Assembly (NCBI GenBank): GCA_963675745.2
Contig: CAXXWX010000019.1
Location: forward strand, 256,001 to 320,000
DNA length: 64,000 nucleotides
Direction: 5' to 3'
From: Phycisphaerae bacterium
GTDB taxonomy: Bacteria > Planctomycetota > Phycisphaerae > UBA1845 > Fen-1342
Part shown: in pieces, positions 10,070-20,333 of the stretch
How positions within the stretch are numbered: the first letter of the stretch is position 1
Layout of the letters: each line of letters starts with the position of its first letter
Made by a program: the position numbers and the translations under genes
The notes under the pieces: generated by a model
The model's database searches: none
What the model saw: only the letters and a program-made list of their open reading frames with translations
Told to the model about the DNA's origin: nothing

Positions 10070-11965
10070 ATGCTGCCCTGGCTTACGGTACCGGTCGCGT
10101 TGCTGGCGCTTCAGACAGGACCTGTCGCCGCCGCCGACTATTTCCGCATCCGCGTAATTGACGAACAAACCGGCCGGGGCGTGCCCTTGGTTGAGCTGCG
10201 CACCGTCAATAGCGTGTGCTACTACACAGACTCCGCCGGATTCATCGCGTTTCACGAGCCGGGACTCATGGACCAGGAGGTCCATTTCTCAATCTCCGCC
10301 CACGGGTACGAGTACCCGGCGGATGGATTCGGATATCGCGGCGTGCGGCTCAAGATATCGCCCGGCGGTGAGGCCACGATCAAGATCAAGCGTCTGAATA
10401 TCGCCGAGCGCATCTATCGCGTAACGGGCGGGGCGGTTTACCGTGACAGCGTGCTGCTGGGGCGGCCGGTTCCGACCGAGCGGCCGGTGTTGAACGGACT
10501 GGTGTTCGGGCAGGACAGCGTGGTTAACACGGTCTATCACGGGGGCATCTACTGGTTCTGGGGCGACACGAGCCGCCCGGCCTATCCGCTGGGGAACTTC
10601 CAGGTGGCGGGCGCTACATCGCGGCTGCCGGATGATGGCGGGCTGCCGCCGGATGCCGGTGTGGACCTGACGTACTTTGTCGATGAAGGCGGTTTTGCGC
10701 GCGAGATGGCGCCCATTCCGGGTCCGGGACCGACGTGGATCGACGGGCTCGTGACGCTACGCGGAGCCGATGGTACAGAGCGGATGTTCGCGGCGTATGC
10801 CAAGGTCCGGGCCGACATGACGGCTACCGGGCGCGGGCTGCTCGAGTTTGACGACGACGCCAAGCAGCTTAAGCGCATCGCCGAGTTTGATCTCAAGGCA
10901 CCAATAAGCCCGGGTGGCCACACGTTCCTTCACGATGTTGACGGGGTGCGCCACATCTACTACACGCGGCCGTTTCCGGTGATTCGCGTGCCCGCCGACC
11001 CCGACAAGCTGGCCGACCTGTTGAACTACGAGTGCTTCACATGCCTGCGGCCCGGAAGCAGTGTCGAAGAACCGGGGCTCGACCGTGACGCGGATGGCGC
11101 GCTCCGCTGGGCATGGAAGCGCGACGCCCCACCCTTGATTCCACGCGTGCAGGAGGACTTGATCAAAAGCGGCCGGATGGACCTGCGCGAGGCACGGTTC
11201 CGGCTTCACGATATCCAGACCGGCAAGCCGGTGATCGTACACGGCGGCTCGGTGTACTGGAATGCGCATCGCCGTCGTTGGGTGATGATAGCGTCCGAGA
11301 TATTCGGGACCTCAATGCTCGGAGAGATCTGGCTGGCCGAGGCGGATACGCCGTTGGGGCCGTGGCGTTTTGCGTGCAAGATCGTCACGCACGAGCGCTA
11401 CAGCTTTTACAACCCGAAGCAACACCCGATGTTTGATGAAGACGACGGCCGCGTGATCTATTTCGAGGGAACATACACGAGCACGTTTTCCGGCAACCCC
11501 GTCAAGACGCCGCGCTACGACTATAACCAGATCATGTATCGGCTGGATCTCGCCGACCCGCGCACAGTTTTGCCCGTGGCCGTGTACACGAGCGACGAGG
11601 GCGTAAGCACGGGCGTTGATACCGGGGATGACGCACGCCCTGCCCGCATGCCGGCGTTTTTCGCTCTGGATCGCCCGATCCCGGATAGTGTTGCTGTTTA
11701 CGAAGAGTCCTCGGGCCAGCGCCCCGGCACACTTGAAGCGCGGCCGGTGGATACCGACGCTGGTCGGCGTCCGATCTTTTTTGCCCTGCCGGCCGAGCTC
11801 GATTCGCCACCTTCCGCGACGGCGCCGTTGTATGCGCACATCCACGCCGATGGCCGCCGGATTTACGCCGTCGAGGGCGGCCATGTGCCGACCGGCTTTG
11901 AGCGCAGCGGGCAACCTGTCTGCAGAGTGTGGCGCGATCCGCTGAGCGCAGCGCAGACTGATTGA
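10070..11965 (+). CDS. Secreted multidomain protein, possible beta-propeller glycoside hydrolase (DUF4185-like)
   Basis: Signal peptide (MLPWLTVPVALLAL...AAA) and GGAGG SD. N-terminal beta-sandwich-like segment and a YWFWGDT motif. Family call is tentative. Confidence 0.6.
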   Translation: MLPWLTVPVALLALQTGPVAAADYFRIRVIDEQTGRGVPLVELRTVNSVCYYTDSAGFIAFHEPGLMDQEVHFSISAHGYEYPADGFGYRGVRLKISPGGEATIKIKRLNIAERIYRVTGGAVYRDSVLLGRPVPTERPVLNGLVFGQDSVVNTVYHGGIYWFWGDTSRPAYPLGNFQVAGATSRLPDDGGLPPDAGVDLTYFVDEGGFAREMAPIPGPGPTWIDGLVTLRGADGTERMFAAYAKVRADMTATGRGLLEFDDDAKQLKRIAEFDLKAPISPGGHTFLHDVDGVRHIYYTRPFPVIRVPADPDKLADLLNYECFTCLRPGSSVEEPGLDRDADGALRWAWKRDAPPLIPRVQEDLIKSGRMDLREARFRLHDIQTGKPVIVHGGSVYWNAHRRRWVMIASEIFGTSMLGEIWLAEADTPLGPWRFACKIVTHERYSFYNPKQHPMFDEDDGRVIYFEGTYTSTFSGNPVKTPRYDYNQIMYRLDLADPRTVLPVAVYTSDEGVSTGVDTGDDARPARMPAFFALDRPIPDSVAVYEESSGQRPGTLEARPVDTDAGRRPIFFALPAELDSPPSATAPLYAHIHADGRRIYAVEGGHVPTGFERSGQPVCRVWRDPLSAAQTD

Positions 11966-12068
11966 TCGTCACAAGGCGCAGACCCGCGCGGATTACGCGC
12001 CGCGGCCGCGACAACGGCCGTTTCCGCTGGTGGTGTTTTGTGTATCACGCTGCGCTTCAGCGTAACGT

Positions 12069-12148
12069 GTAACGGCCGGCGCCTCGCCGGCCGCCGAGCG
12101 TCAGAAGCGTCGTCTCGCGCCGACGGCCTGCGAGGCGCAGGCCGCTCC
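12069..12148. repeat. REP family A inverted doublet (REPIN-like)
   Basis: GTAACGGCCGGCGCCTCGCCGGCCG ... CGGCCTGCGAGGCGCAGGCCGCTCC between convergent genes. Confidence 0.75.
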
Positions 12149-12186
12149 AGTGCCATACGCGCGAAACAGCCTGACTGGAAACGACA

Positions 12187-13407
12187 CTAATCGTACAGCA
12201 AGTATTTCTCCCGCTGTTTCATGAATGTCTTCAGCTCTTCCGACCACAGCGCGGTGTACGGCGTGGCGCCGCTTGAGGTCTTGACCTGGCCGAGGACTTT
12301 CTTGTTGAACAGCAGGCGGTCAACGTGGTCGACATCGAATGAGTCGCCGAATAGATCCTTGAGTTCGCGCGTGATTGACAGCCCGGTTTCGAGTGGGTCG
12401 AACGCGTCGCGATCCGTCAGCACGATCTGCACGCCGCCACATTCGACGCCCTTGTGCTTGCTCGATTCAGGCACGAACCGGTAGGGAAGAAAGCGAATCC
12501 CCGCCAGCCCCAGCCCGTTCAGCCGGGCCGCCAGTTTGCGGCCGTCAATCCACGGGGCGCCGAATCTCTCGAACGGCGTGTCGGTCCCGCGCCCGACGGA
12601 CACATCACAGGCCTCGATCAGCCCGATGGCGGGATACACGGTCGCCTGGGTCAGCGAGCGCATATTGGGTGACGGGTCGACCCAGGTGAGCAGTGTTTCG
12701 TCGAGCCACATGCTGCGCCGCCAACCCTCCATCTGGATAACGTCGAGGTCGACACCGATCTTCCTTTCGGCGTTGAACATCTGAGCCAGTTCGCCGGCGG
12801 TCATCCCGTGGACAAGTGGGATGCGGTGATACGCGGTGAACTTGCCGTCTCGGTCGCTTAGCGGACCAAACACCCGCACGCCGGTGATGGGATTGGGCCG
12901 ATCGAGGACAACGAAGCTGATATCGTGCGCGGCGGCGGCCTCCATCGCCATCCCCATGGTGGCTATGTACGTGTAGAAGCGTGTGCCGATGTCCTGGATA
13001 TCGAAGACGATTACATCGACACCCTCCAGCATCTCGGCGGTGGGCCGTCGTGTCTCGCCGTACAGGCTGAAAACCCGCAGTCCGGTCTTCTGATCGGTCG
13101 AGTCGGGCACGAGCTCGTCAAACGTGCCGCGGATGCCGTGTTCCGGAGCGAAGAGGGCCACCAGGTTGACGTTTGGGGATTCGTGCATCAGCGATAGTGT
13201 TGACCGGCCGCGGCGATCCAGGCCGGTGTGGTTGGTGATCAGCCCGACCTTGCGCCCGCGAAGTGCCGCAAAGTCGTCGCGCGCGAGCACATCGATACCA
13301 CAGTACACGCCGCCATCGATGTCCTGGTTGTCGTCGGCCGGCGACACGCCGATCATTGTGGCGGCGACAAGCGCCACCAGGATGGCACACCCGGTTCTGT
13401 GAAGCAT
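12187..13407 (-). CDS. namZ: Exo-beta-N-acetylmuramidase NamZ / DUF1343 family
   Basis: Signal peptide; GLITNHTG, FAPEHG, DIQDIGTRFYTY, LDRPNP, HGMT.GE, PSPNM, SVGRGT. Confidence 0.85.
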   Translation of the reverse strand: MLHRTGCAILVALVAATMIGVSPADDNQDIDGGVYCGIDVLARDDFAALRGRKVGLITNHTGLDRRGRSTLSLMHESPNVNLVALFAPEHGIRGTFDELVPDSTDQKTGLRVFSLYGETRRPTAEMLEGVDVIVFDIQDIGTRFYTYIATMGMAMEAAAAHDISFVVLDRPNPITGVRVFGPLSDRDGKFTAYHRIPLVHGMTAGELAQMFNAERKIGVDLDVIQMEGWRRSMWLDETLLTWVDPSPNMRSLTQATVYPAIGLIEACDVSVGRGTDTPFERFGAPWIDGRKLAARLNGLGLAGIRFLPYRFVPESSKHKGVECGGVQIVLTDRDAFDPLETGLSITRELKDLFGDSFDVDHVDRLLFNKKVLGQVKTSSGATPYTALWSEELKTFMKQREKYLLYD

Positions 13408-13675
13408 TGATTTGATCTCCCGTGTTTGTGGCGCACGCGGCGACGACTTCACGGTGCCGTCGGCGCAGGGCTTTGCAACGGCCTCCATAAACGCACATCC
13501 TACGGCGGATGCCGGGCGCGGGCAAAACGCCGAACAGCGACGCCGCATTTGAAGTCTCACGCCCCGAGCTGCGCGGGGCGGCCGGGGCTGACTCTTGCAG
13601 CGCAGCACCCGGCCGTTTAGCCTCAAGGGCGGATTGCCGGTCGACTCTAGTGTGCCAAGCGCAGGGTGCTGGAAT

Positions 13676-15145
13676 ATGTCCGACACACCGCCGAGCCACG
13701 CGCCCGCGAACGAGGAGCGTTATCTGGCGCGCCTCAACAGGTACGTGACCGCACTGCGGAACGACAAGCCCGATTGCGTGCCGATTCGCCCGTTTGTGGC
13801 CGAGTTCGCCGCCCGGTACGCCGGCTATACATGCCAGGACGTGACCCACGATTATGAAAAGGCGTTTGCGGCTGTTCGCCGGTGTGCCGCCGATTTTGAC
13901 TGGGACGCGGTTGTCAGCAACATGGTCTACGTCTGGACCGGGCTGACGCAGGCGATTGGGCTGAAGTATTACGGCGTGCCTGGAATCGACGTGCCGCCCG
14001 ATGTTGGCTTCCAGTACCGCGAGCCCGCCGAGCACGAAGCGTTCATGCGCGACGACGAATACGACGCGCTGATCGACGATCCAACGGGTTTCCTGCTCGA
14101 CGTATGGCTGCCGCGCGTGTCGACGGATGTCGCTGTGCCCGGCGCGCCGGTCACACGGCGCCACAACCTGTCGCTGCTCAAGGGGGGGCTGGCGATGCTG
14201 AGCTACTTCAATGCGTTTGGCCCGCAGAACGAGCGTCTGCGCACGGAATGTGGCACCGTTTCAGCCATCGCGGGAATCCTGAAGGCCCCGTTTGACATCA
14301 TCGCCGACAAGTTGCGCGGGTATGTGGGTCTGACGAAGGACATGGTCCGCCAGCCGCGGAAAGTGCTGGCCGCGTGCGAGGCGCTGATGCCCCATCTGCT
14401 GCACGTGGCGCTTTCCGGTGCCGATCCGGACAAGCGTGTCCCGGTAGGCTTCTGGATGCACCGCGGCTGCGTGCCGTTCGTGCGCCCCGAGCAGTTTGAA
14501 TCACACTACTGGCCGACGTTGAGACCTATCATCGAGGAGCTGTGGAGCCGCGGTCATCAGACGCTCTTCTACGCCGAAGGTGACTGGGGACACCATCTGC
14601 AACGGTTTGCCGAGCTGCCGGACGGTTGCATTGTCTATCACGTGGATCGCGGCGATATCTTCGAGACGCATCGCAAGCTGGGGCACAAGTTCTGCCTGAG
14701 CGGCGGCGTTCCGAACACCTTGCTGAGCTATGGAACGCCGGACCAGGTGCGGGCCCGCTGCAAGCAGGTTATTGATGGTGTGGCGCGCGACGGCGGCTTT
14801 GTCATGGACGCCAGCGCCATCATCCAGAATGATGCGCGCGAGGAGAACGTGCGCGCGATGACCGAATTCACGCGCGACTACGGCACGTACTCAACTTCCT
14901 CAACCGGCGCTGCAACAATCCCCGGTGCCGCGGCGGATACGGCGGCCCGGTCACCGGCGCCTGGTGCCGCCACCTGGCCGGCGCGGGGCGCCCGGGATGT
15001 GCCGCCGGGCGTGTGTATTCCCTGGGAGCAGAAGCGTGCCGAGTTGGCGGCGATATCCGGGGATGCGGAGTTGGTGCAACGCGTCTGGGAGGACATCGAT
15101 GCGCTTGCGCACATGTTTATCTGGCACTGCCTCCTGTCGTTTTAG
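13676..15145 (+). CDS. Uroporphyrinogen decarboxylase / MtaA-CmuA methyltransferase superfamily protein
   Basis: PDCVP, FAARYAG, APFDII...RG, F...YWP.L, CLSGGVP, GTPDQV, GGFVM, EENVRAM. Confidence 0.8.
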   Translation: MSDTPPSHAPANEERYLARLNRYVTALRNDKPDCVPIRPFVAEFAARYAGYTCQDVTHDYEKAFAAVRRCAADFDWDAVVSNMVYVWTGLTQAIGLKYYGVPGIDVPPDVGFQYREPAEHEAFMRDDEYDALIDDPTGFLLDVWLPRVSTDVAVPGAPVTRRHNLSLLKGGLAMLSYFNAFGPQNERLRTECGTVSAIAGILKAPFDIIADKLRGYVGLTKDMVRQPRKVLAACEALMPHLLHVALSGADPDKRVPVGFWMHRGCVPFVRPEQFESHYWPTLRPIIEELWSRGHQTLFYAEGDWGHHLQRFAELPDGCIVYHVDRGDIFETHRKLGHKFCLSGGVPNTLLSYGTPDQVRARCKQVIDGVARDGGFVMDASAIIQNDAREENVRAMTEFTRDYGTYSTSSTGAATIPGAAADTAARSPAPGAATWPARGARDVPPGVCIPWEQKRAELAAISGDAELVQRVWEDIDALAHMFIWHCLLSF

Positions 15146-15298
15146 CGCTTCTTAAGAAACGCTCCGGCGTGCCACCGCTCTTGAGAGGATTGCGCGACCG
15201 GGAGCGTGCCCGTTGTATTGGGCCTGTGACCGAAGTCATTACAACGGATTCTTCCGCCCACGCCCCACCGGCCACTACCGCCGAATTGCAGAAAGCGG

Positions 15299-16099
15299 TC
15301 AACCGACTCGCCGCAGCAGGTCCATCGCGCGCGGAAAGACTGTCATGATTCCCGCGGCGACACGCACGCTGAAGCTGGTCCAGACCTCCGGTCGCGGGCG
15401 GCGCAGACAGCTCACTATCGCGCGCGCCACACGCTCGGGTCGTTGAAACATCCACGCCGGACCGCCCAGTTCGGACGCGTTCGCAACGCCGGCACTGGCC
15501 TCCGCCGCGCGCTCGAAGAACTCGGTCCGAGTGCTCACCGGGTGAACCGAGGATACGTGAATGCCGTGCCGCCTGAGGTCCATGCGCATCGACCGGCATA
15601 TGTGATGCTGGGCGGCCTTGGTCGCGGAGTAGGCCCCGAACGCCGGCAGCGTGAACCGCGCCACGCAACTTGAACACATCAGCAGGTGCCCATGGCGTCC
15701 ATCGGCTATCAGACGCCGGGCCGCTTCAGCGAGCAGCTCGACGCCGGCGAAGAAATTCACCTCGAAAATACGGCGCAGCCCGGCTTCGTCCAGTTCGTGC
15801 GTCGGCGTCTTGAAACCGTAGCCGGCGTTGGCATACACCACGTCGAACCGGCCGAATCGCCGCTCGGCCGCATCCAGCATGCGCGCCGTCATGCCACGCT
15901 CGGCCACGTCGCCGCACACCAGTTCGGCGTTGCGGCCGCGCGCGCGTACGGCGGCGGCGACTTGTGCCAGGGTCTCCTCGCGCCGACCATTCAGAACCAC
16001 GTGCATGCCGGATTCAGCGCAAGCGCGTGCCGTCGCGGCCCCGATTCCGCTGCCGGCCCCGGTGATCACAACAACCTTGTCGGTCAGATCGCGACCCAT
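15299..16099 (-). CDS. Short-chain dehydrogenase/reductase
   Basis: TGAGSGIG, ANAG and YSATK motifs. Start placed at 16099; the track's extension to 16675 overlaps the divergent gene. Confidence 0.9.
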   Translation of the reverse strand: MGRDLTDKVVVITGAGSGIGAATARACAESGMHVVLNGRREETLAQVAAAVRARGRNAELVCGDVAERGMTARMLDAAERRFGRFDVVYANAGYGFKTPTHELDEAGLRRIFEVNFFAGVELLAEAARRLIADGRHGHLLMCSSCVARFTLPAFGAYSATKAAQHHICRSMRMDLRRHGIHVSSVHPVSTRTEFFERAAEASAGVANASELGGPAWMFQRPERVARAIVSCLRRPRPEVWTSFSVRVAAGIMTVFPRAMDLLRRVG

Positions 16100-16153
16100 G
16101 AGAGTCTCCCGCATGCATGGATTACCTTCGGCAAGACTGTATTCTAGCCGTAT

Positions 16154-16819
16154 ATGAAGCGACAGATCATCATCGGCGATATTCACGGTTGTATCGACGA
16201 ACTGCGCGACCTGCTGAGTGCGGTTGCGCCCACCGCCGACGATGAGATCATCGCCACCGGCGACCTGGTCAACCGCGGCCCGGACAACGAGGCTGTGCTT
16301 CGCCTCTTTCGCGACAGCCCCTCGTTTCGTTCTGTCAGGGGCAACGTCGAACACAACCACGCACTGATTCCCGGCGGACGTTTCGCCCCCACGCGCGCCT
16401 ACCAGCTCACCCGGGATCAACTCGGTTCGCGCTATGAGCGGTGGCTGGGCTTCATGGCCGCACTGCCGCTCTGCATCGAATTGCCGCAGGCGATCGTGCT
16501 GCACGGCGCGTTTGAACCCCAAGTAACGCTGCGTGACCAGCGCGAGGATGTTCTGTTGGGGCAGCCGCACGCCGAGGCCGAGTTGAAGGCCCAATACAAA
16601 CGCCCGTGGTATGAGTTGTACGATGGCGCCGTACCGGTGGTGGTCGGTCACCACGACTATCAGTGCGACAATCAACCGCTCATCCGCGACGGCCGAGTCT
16701 ACGCCATCGATACGGGTTGTGTGCGCGGCGGCCGGTTGACAGCGCTGGTCCTGCCGGATTTCCGCATCGTTTCGGTTCCGGCGCGGGACACTTACTGGCC
16801 CAAGGCGGGCACCTCGTAG
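16154..16819 (+). CDS. Metallophosphoesterase (ApaH/PrpE-like PPP family)
   Basis: GDIHG, GDLVNRG, GN(V)E, HG, GH and IDTGC..GG.LTAL motifs. Confidence 0.85.
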   Translation: MKRQIIIGDIHGCIDELRDLLSAVAPTADDEIIATGDLVNRGPDNEAVLRLFRDSPSFRSVRGNVEHNHALIPGGRFAPTRAYQLTRDQLGSRYERWLGFMAALPLCIELPQAIVLHGAFEPQVTLRDQREDVLLGQPHAEAELKAQYKRPWYELYDGAVPVVVGHHDYQCDNQPLIRDGRVYAIDTGCVRGGRLTALVLPDFRIVSVPARDTYWPKAGTS

Positions 16820-16828
16820 CCGGCAACC

Positions 16829-17065
16829 TCAATCGTCGGATGAATCGGGTGCATCGGTTGGCTCCGGAAACGGGAACTCCACGCCGGAGATGTGTACCTT
16901 GCCCGTCCTCAGCAGATCATCAATCAACGGCAAACAGGCCCCGCACTTGCTCCCACAGCCGGTGATTACGGATAGCTCCTGGGCGCAGGTGATACCGCGC
17001 TGGCGCGCGATCCGCAGCAAATCCGCGAATTTCAGATCGAGGCAGACACAACGGAGTTCAACCAT
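16829..17065 (-). CDS. BFD-like [2Fe-2S] ferredoxin
   Basis: 78 aa with CVC...CGSKCGAC. Confidence 0.8.
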   Translation of the reverse strand: MVELRCVCLDLKFADLLRIARQRGITCAQELSVITGCGSKCGACLPLIDDLLRTGKVHISGVEFPFPEPTDAPDSSDD

Positions 17066-17080
17066 GTGGGAATTATAACA
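17066..17080 (-). promoter_or_regulatory. Extended -10 promoter (TGnTATAAT) positioned for a leaderless transcript
   Basis: Minus strand reads TGTTATAAT, 6 nt, then ATG 17065. No SD. Confidence 0.65.
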
Positions 17081-17135
17081 GGCGGCCCTGACCGCACCGA
17101 CAGCACCCCGTTGCGGAAATCGCGGAGACCGAGCC

Positions 17136-18422
17136 CTAGTCTTTGATTGCCAGCAGGCCTTTCCAGGCCTCGTCATTGCGCCAGTGCTCGAAGTGCCGGC
17201 CGTCGAGGTACAGCGCGGGCACACCTTTGAGTTCAAGCTGGTTGCCCAGCGCCACGTGCCGCGCGACGTGGTCGCTTGCCTCTGGTGAGTTCATCGCGGC
17301 TATGAACTTGTCGCGATCGAGCCCGAGCTCGACGGCCCAGTCGGCAAAACGGTCGAGCTCGATATCGTGCTGGCGCTCGAACAGCAGCGCGCGCATTTGG
17401 GAATAGGCCTGGGCCCCACCAACGATCAGGGCCGCACGCGCCGCACGGGCCGCCTGGCAGGACCACGGGTGCCCGCCGCTTTCCCGGTAACGCTCATTGC
17501 ACGCCGGGTCCTGCGGATAGAGGCGGTGGGTCAAGCGAAAACGGCCGGCGTATAGCTCCTGCATGGCGCTGATCTTGTCATTGGCCAGCTTGCAGGCCGG
17601 GCAATTGAAATCGCTGAACACCACGAGCGTGTGCGGCGCATCGGGACTGCCGTACAGCGGATCGTCCTCGCCTACCGGAATGTCCCGGACCGGCTGTTGC
17701 GTGAAGCTCCAGCGAGCATACGCCGGGTCATCGATCACCGCGCGATAGGCCTGCTCAAAGCGCTTCTGCGCGGCGACGGCCATACCGAACTGGCCGACCA
17801 CGATTATCAGCAACGCCGCCAGCCCGCACGCGGTAAGCGTCGCGCCCACCAGCGGATGAGATGGGTGCGGCGGTGTGGGATCAAACTTGCGCCGCGGCCA
17901 GCTCGCCACGGTAACCACCAGTAACAGGCCGTTGAGCACATGCGTGGCCAGACACAGCCCGCACCAGCGGCGCAGCTCGGTCGCCATGACGATGATCAAC
18001 CCGATTGACTCGTACGCGCCATAGCCGATCAATACCAGCATCACCAGGTGCCACCAGCGCCGTCTCCAGGTGGGCAACCCAACAAACGCATACCAGATTC
18101 CGATGAACGAGAAGTACATCATTCCCAGTGCGCCCCAGGAAATGCCGGCGCGCGGCTGCGCGCCGGCGCTCGAGCGCCCCGCAAAGGCTCGCTCCGAGTG
18201 CAGCACGGACGTACAGTCAAACACGGCGTCCGCATCCGCTTCGCTACCGCACAGCATCTCGGCCAGCGGCCCGACGGCTTTGCCGCTCATGCTGATCTGA
18301 AAGGCCGTCAGGCTGAGCAACCACCCGGCCGCCGCCGCGCCTACAGCGCTCCAGCGGATGATGGTCCGCACCGTGATCTGTCGCGGGCTCGGCGTTAAAG
18401 CGGACGTATCGTCGGTCGACAT
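17136..18422 (-). CDS. VKOR-DsbA/thioredoxin fusion (disulfide-bond formation)
   Basis: VKOR loop Cys pair (LC...DCTSVL) and WCGLC in a 5-TM region. C-terminal DsbA with FSDFNCPAC and cis-Pro GVP. Start 18422 or 18431. Confidence 0.88.
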   Translation of the reverse strand: MSTDDTSALTPSPRQITVRTIIRWSAVGAAAAGWLLSLTAFQISMSGKAVGPLAEMLCGSEADADAVFDCTSVLHSERAFAGRSSAGAQPRAGISWGALGMMYFSFIGIWYAFVGLPTWRRRWWHLVMLVLIGYGAYESIGLIIVMATELRRWCGLCLATHVLNGLLLVVTVASWPRRKFDPTPPHPSHPLVGATLTACGLAALLIIVVGQFGMAVAAQKRFEQAYRAVIDDPAYARWSFTQQPVRDIPVGEDDPLYGSPDAPHTLVVFSDFNCPACKLANDKISAMQELYAGRFRLTHRLYPQDPACNERYRESGGHPWSCQAARAARAALIVGGAQAYSQMRALLFERQHDIELDRFADWAVELGLDRDKFIAAMNSPEASDHVARHVALGNQLELKGVPALYLDGRHFEHWRNDEAWKGLLAIKD

Positions 18423-18706
18423 ATGGCTCACTCGCTCTCGGCGGTGCTTCCCGGGCTCGCCTGCTGCAAGACCACGCAGTACATGCCAGACGTCGGATAC
18501 GGGTCGGCATGTCTCGGTCTCAGGAAGTCGTTACGGGCGCCGAGCGTCTTTAATGGAAGGCCATGATACTGGATTGGCGCGTATTTGCCGTCCCCGACAG
18601 ACCGGTCACGCGGATTGAGTGTGGCCAGGCCGTCGCGCGCCCGCGGCGCGAAGGGTGCAAGCGGGCGGCGCATTCGCAATCGTTGCGCAGCGCGGCCGGG
18701 TGTGTG

Positions 18707-19189
18707 TCAGGGTGAGATCGGCGGGAAGGTTGCTGGGCCGTGGCCGGTGGCAAACTCGAAGTAAACGCTCCAGCGCACGATCACGCACACGTAGAGCCCG
18801 AGCAAGAGCCACGTACCAAGTTCCGCAACCGGGTGCTTTCGCAGGCACAGCATGATGGTCGTCCCCAGGCCCACCAGCGCGAATTTGTAGGCCACCACCC
18901 CGCCGATCGAACCCCCCAGGAACCACGCGGCTACCGGATTGAGCTCAACGAAGTGACTGCTGAAGCACTCGAGCAATGTGAAACGAAGATCCAGGATATT
19001 GAACAGCCAAACCAGCGCAAGTCCGGCGAATATACGCCGGCTGCGTGTCAGCCAGCGCAGATACCGATCATGCAACGAGCCGGCCAGCGCGCCGCACGCC
19101 GCAAACATCGGTGAAGCTGTCAGACGCCCAAGACGCTTGGACCGGACGCCGGTCAGCGTCAGATCACTGTGTCGATAACCACTGGCCAT
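18707..19189 (-). CDS. DUF5658-like small membrane protein
   Basis: NILD..FT...ELNP motif and three hydrophobic segments. Confidence 0.65.
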   Translation of the reverse strand: MASGYRHSDLTLTGVRSKRLGRLTASPMFAACGALAGSLHDRYLRWLTRSRRIFAGLALVWLFNILDLRFTLLECFSSHFVELNPVAAWFLGGSIGGVVAYKFALVGLGTTIMLCLRKHPVAELGTWLLLGLYVCVIVRWSVYFEFATGHGPATFPPISP

Positions 19190-19556
19190 ACTTCAATCCC
19201 GTACGCCTCGCGATGGCGAGCACGCTGTGGTGGAATCGGCTCAGACTAAATGTGCGAATACCCGTGCCGACGTGCCAAACAAAATCCGGTGGGCGGGGCC
19301 GCGACGGTCAGCCCGGCAGTCGCCGCGCCCATATCAGACTGTGAAGACATATCGGTCGTTTGCCGGCACGTCTGAAGAGAACCGGCCGCCGTCCGGCAAG
19401 CCTTCCGTGCGGCCCGGCATCCTCCGCCCGACGGCTCACCTTGAAGCCGCGCGCCGGCGCCGCTATAGTCGCTGGCAAGCCGGCGGGCTGCTCAAAGGCC
19501 ATACACGTGCCACCAATCAACAGTCGGCAGCCATGCGCGCGGCGGAGAGTCAAGCG

Positions 19557-20333
19557 ATGAAAGTCGTCATTCTGTGCGGTGGCCTCGGTACTCGCATGCG
19601 CGAGGAAACCGAGTTCCGCCCCAAACCCCTGGTGCACATCGGCCCCCGGCCGGTGCTGTGGCATATCATGAAGAACTATGCCCACTTCAACCACCGGCAC
19701 TTCGTGCTGTGCCTCGGGTATCGCGGCGACATGATCAAGGAGTATTTCCTGAACTACGAGGCGATGAGCAGTGATTTCACCATCCGCCTCGGCGACCGCA
19801 CCGGAATCACTCATCACGGCACGCACACCGAGCAGGACTTCGACGTCACATTGGCCGACACCGGCCAGAACACCATGACCGGCGGCCGCATCAAGCGCAT
19901 TCAGCGCTATATCGACAACGAGACGTTCCTCTGTACTTACGGCGACGGGTTGGCCGACGTGGATATCGGAGAGCTGGTCGCTTTTCACAAGAACCATGGC
20001 CGCATCGCCACGCTGACAACCATGAAACCGCGCTCGCGCTTTGGCATTCTCAAGCTCGACGGGGCCGGCCGCGTCGAGCACTTTCACGAGAAGCCCGTGC
20101 TTGATGATTGGGTAAATGCCGGCTTCTTCGTCTTCAATCGCCAGGTCTTTGACTATCTCGGAGATGACGATTGCATCCTGGAGCGTGAGCCGCTCGAGCA
20201 ACTGGCCGGCGATGATCAGCTCATGGCCTTTCGCCACGAGGGTTGCTTCTACACCATGGATACCTACCGCGAATACAAGGCCCTCAACGAGATGTGGGAG
20301 TCGGGGCAGGTTCCCTGGAAGGTATGGGAATGA
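19557..20333 (+). CDS. rfbF: Glucose-1-phosphate cytidylyltransferase
   Basis: ILCGGLGTR.REET...PKP, DTG..TMTGGR, TYGDG, NAGFF, MDT. ATGA overlap with rfbG. Confidence 0.93.
   Translation: MKVVILCGGLGTRMREETEFRPKPLVHIGPRPVLWHIMKNYAHFNHRHFVLCLGYRGDMIKEYFLNYEAMSSDFTIRLGDRTGITHHGTHTEQDFDVTLADTGQNTMTGGRIKRIQRYIDNETFLCTYGDGLADVDIGELVAFHKNHGRIATLTTMKPRSRFGILKLDGAGRVEHFHEKPVLDDWVNAGFFVFNRQVFDYLGDDDCILEREPLEQLAGDDQLMAFRHEGCFYTMDTYREYKALNEMWESGQVPWKVWE

Noticed and set aside
16100..16675. N-terminal extension making the SDR a 458-aa fusion
   Set aside because: It is the antisense shadow of the metallophosphoesterase gene. The SDR motif starts at 16099.
18428..18679. 83-aa ORF abutting the VKOR start
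   Set aside because: No SD, hydrophobic segment or arrest-like motif. Probably promoter/leader DNA.
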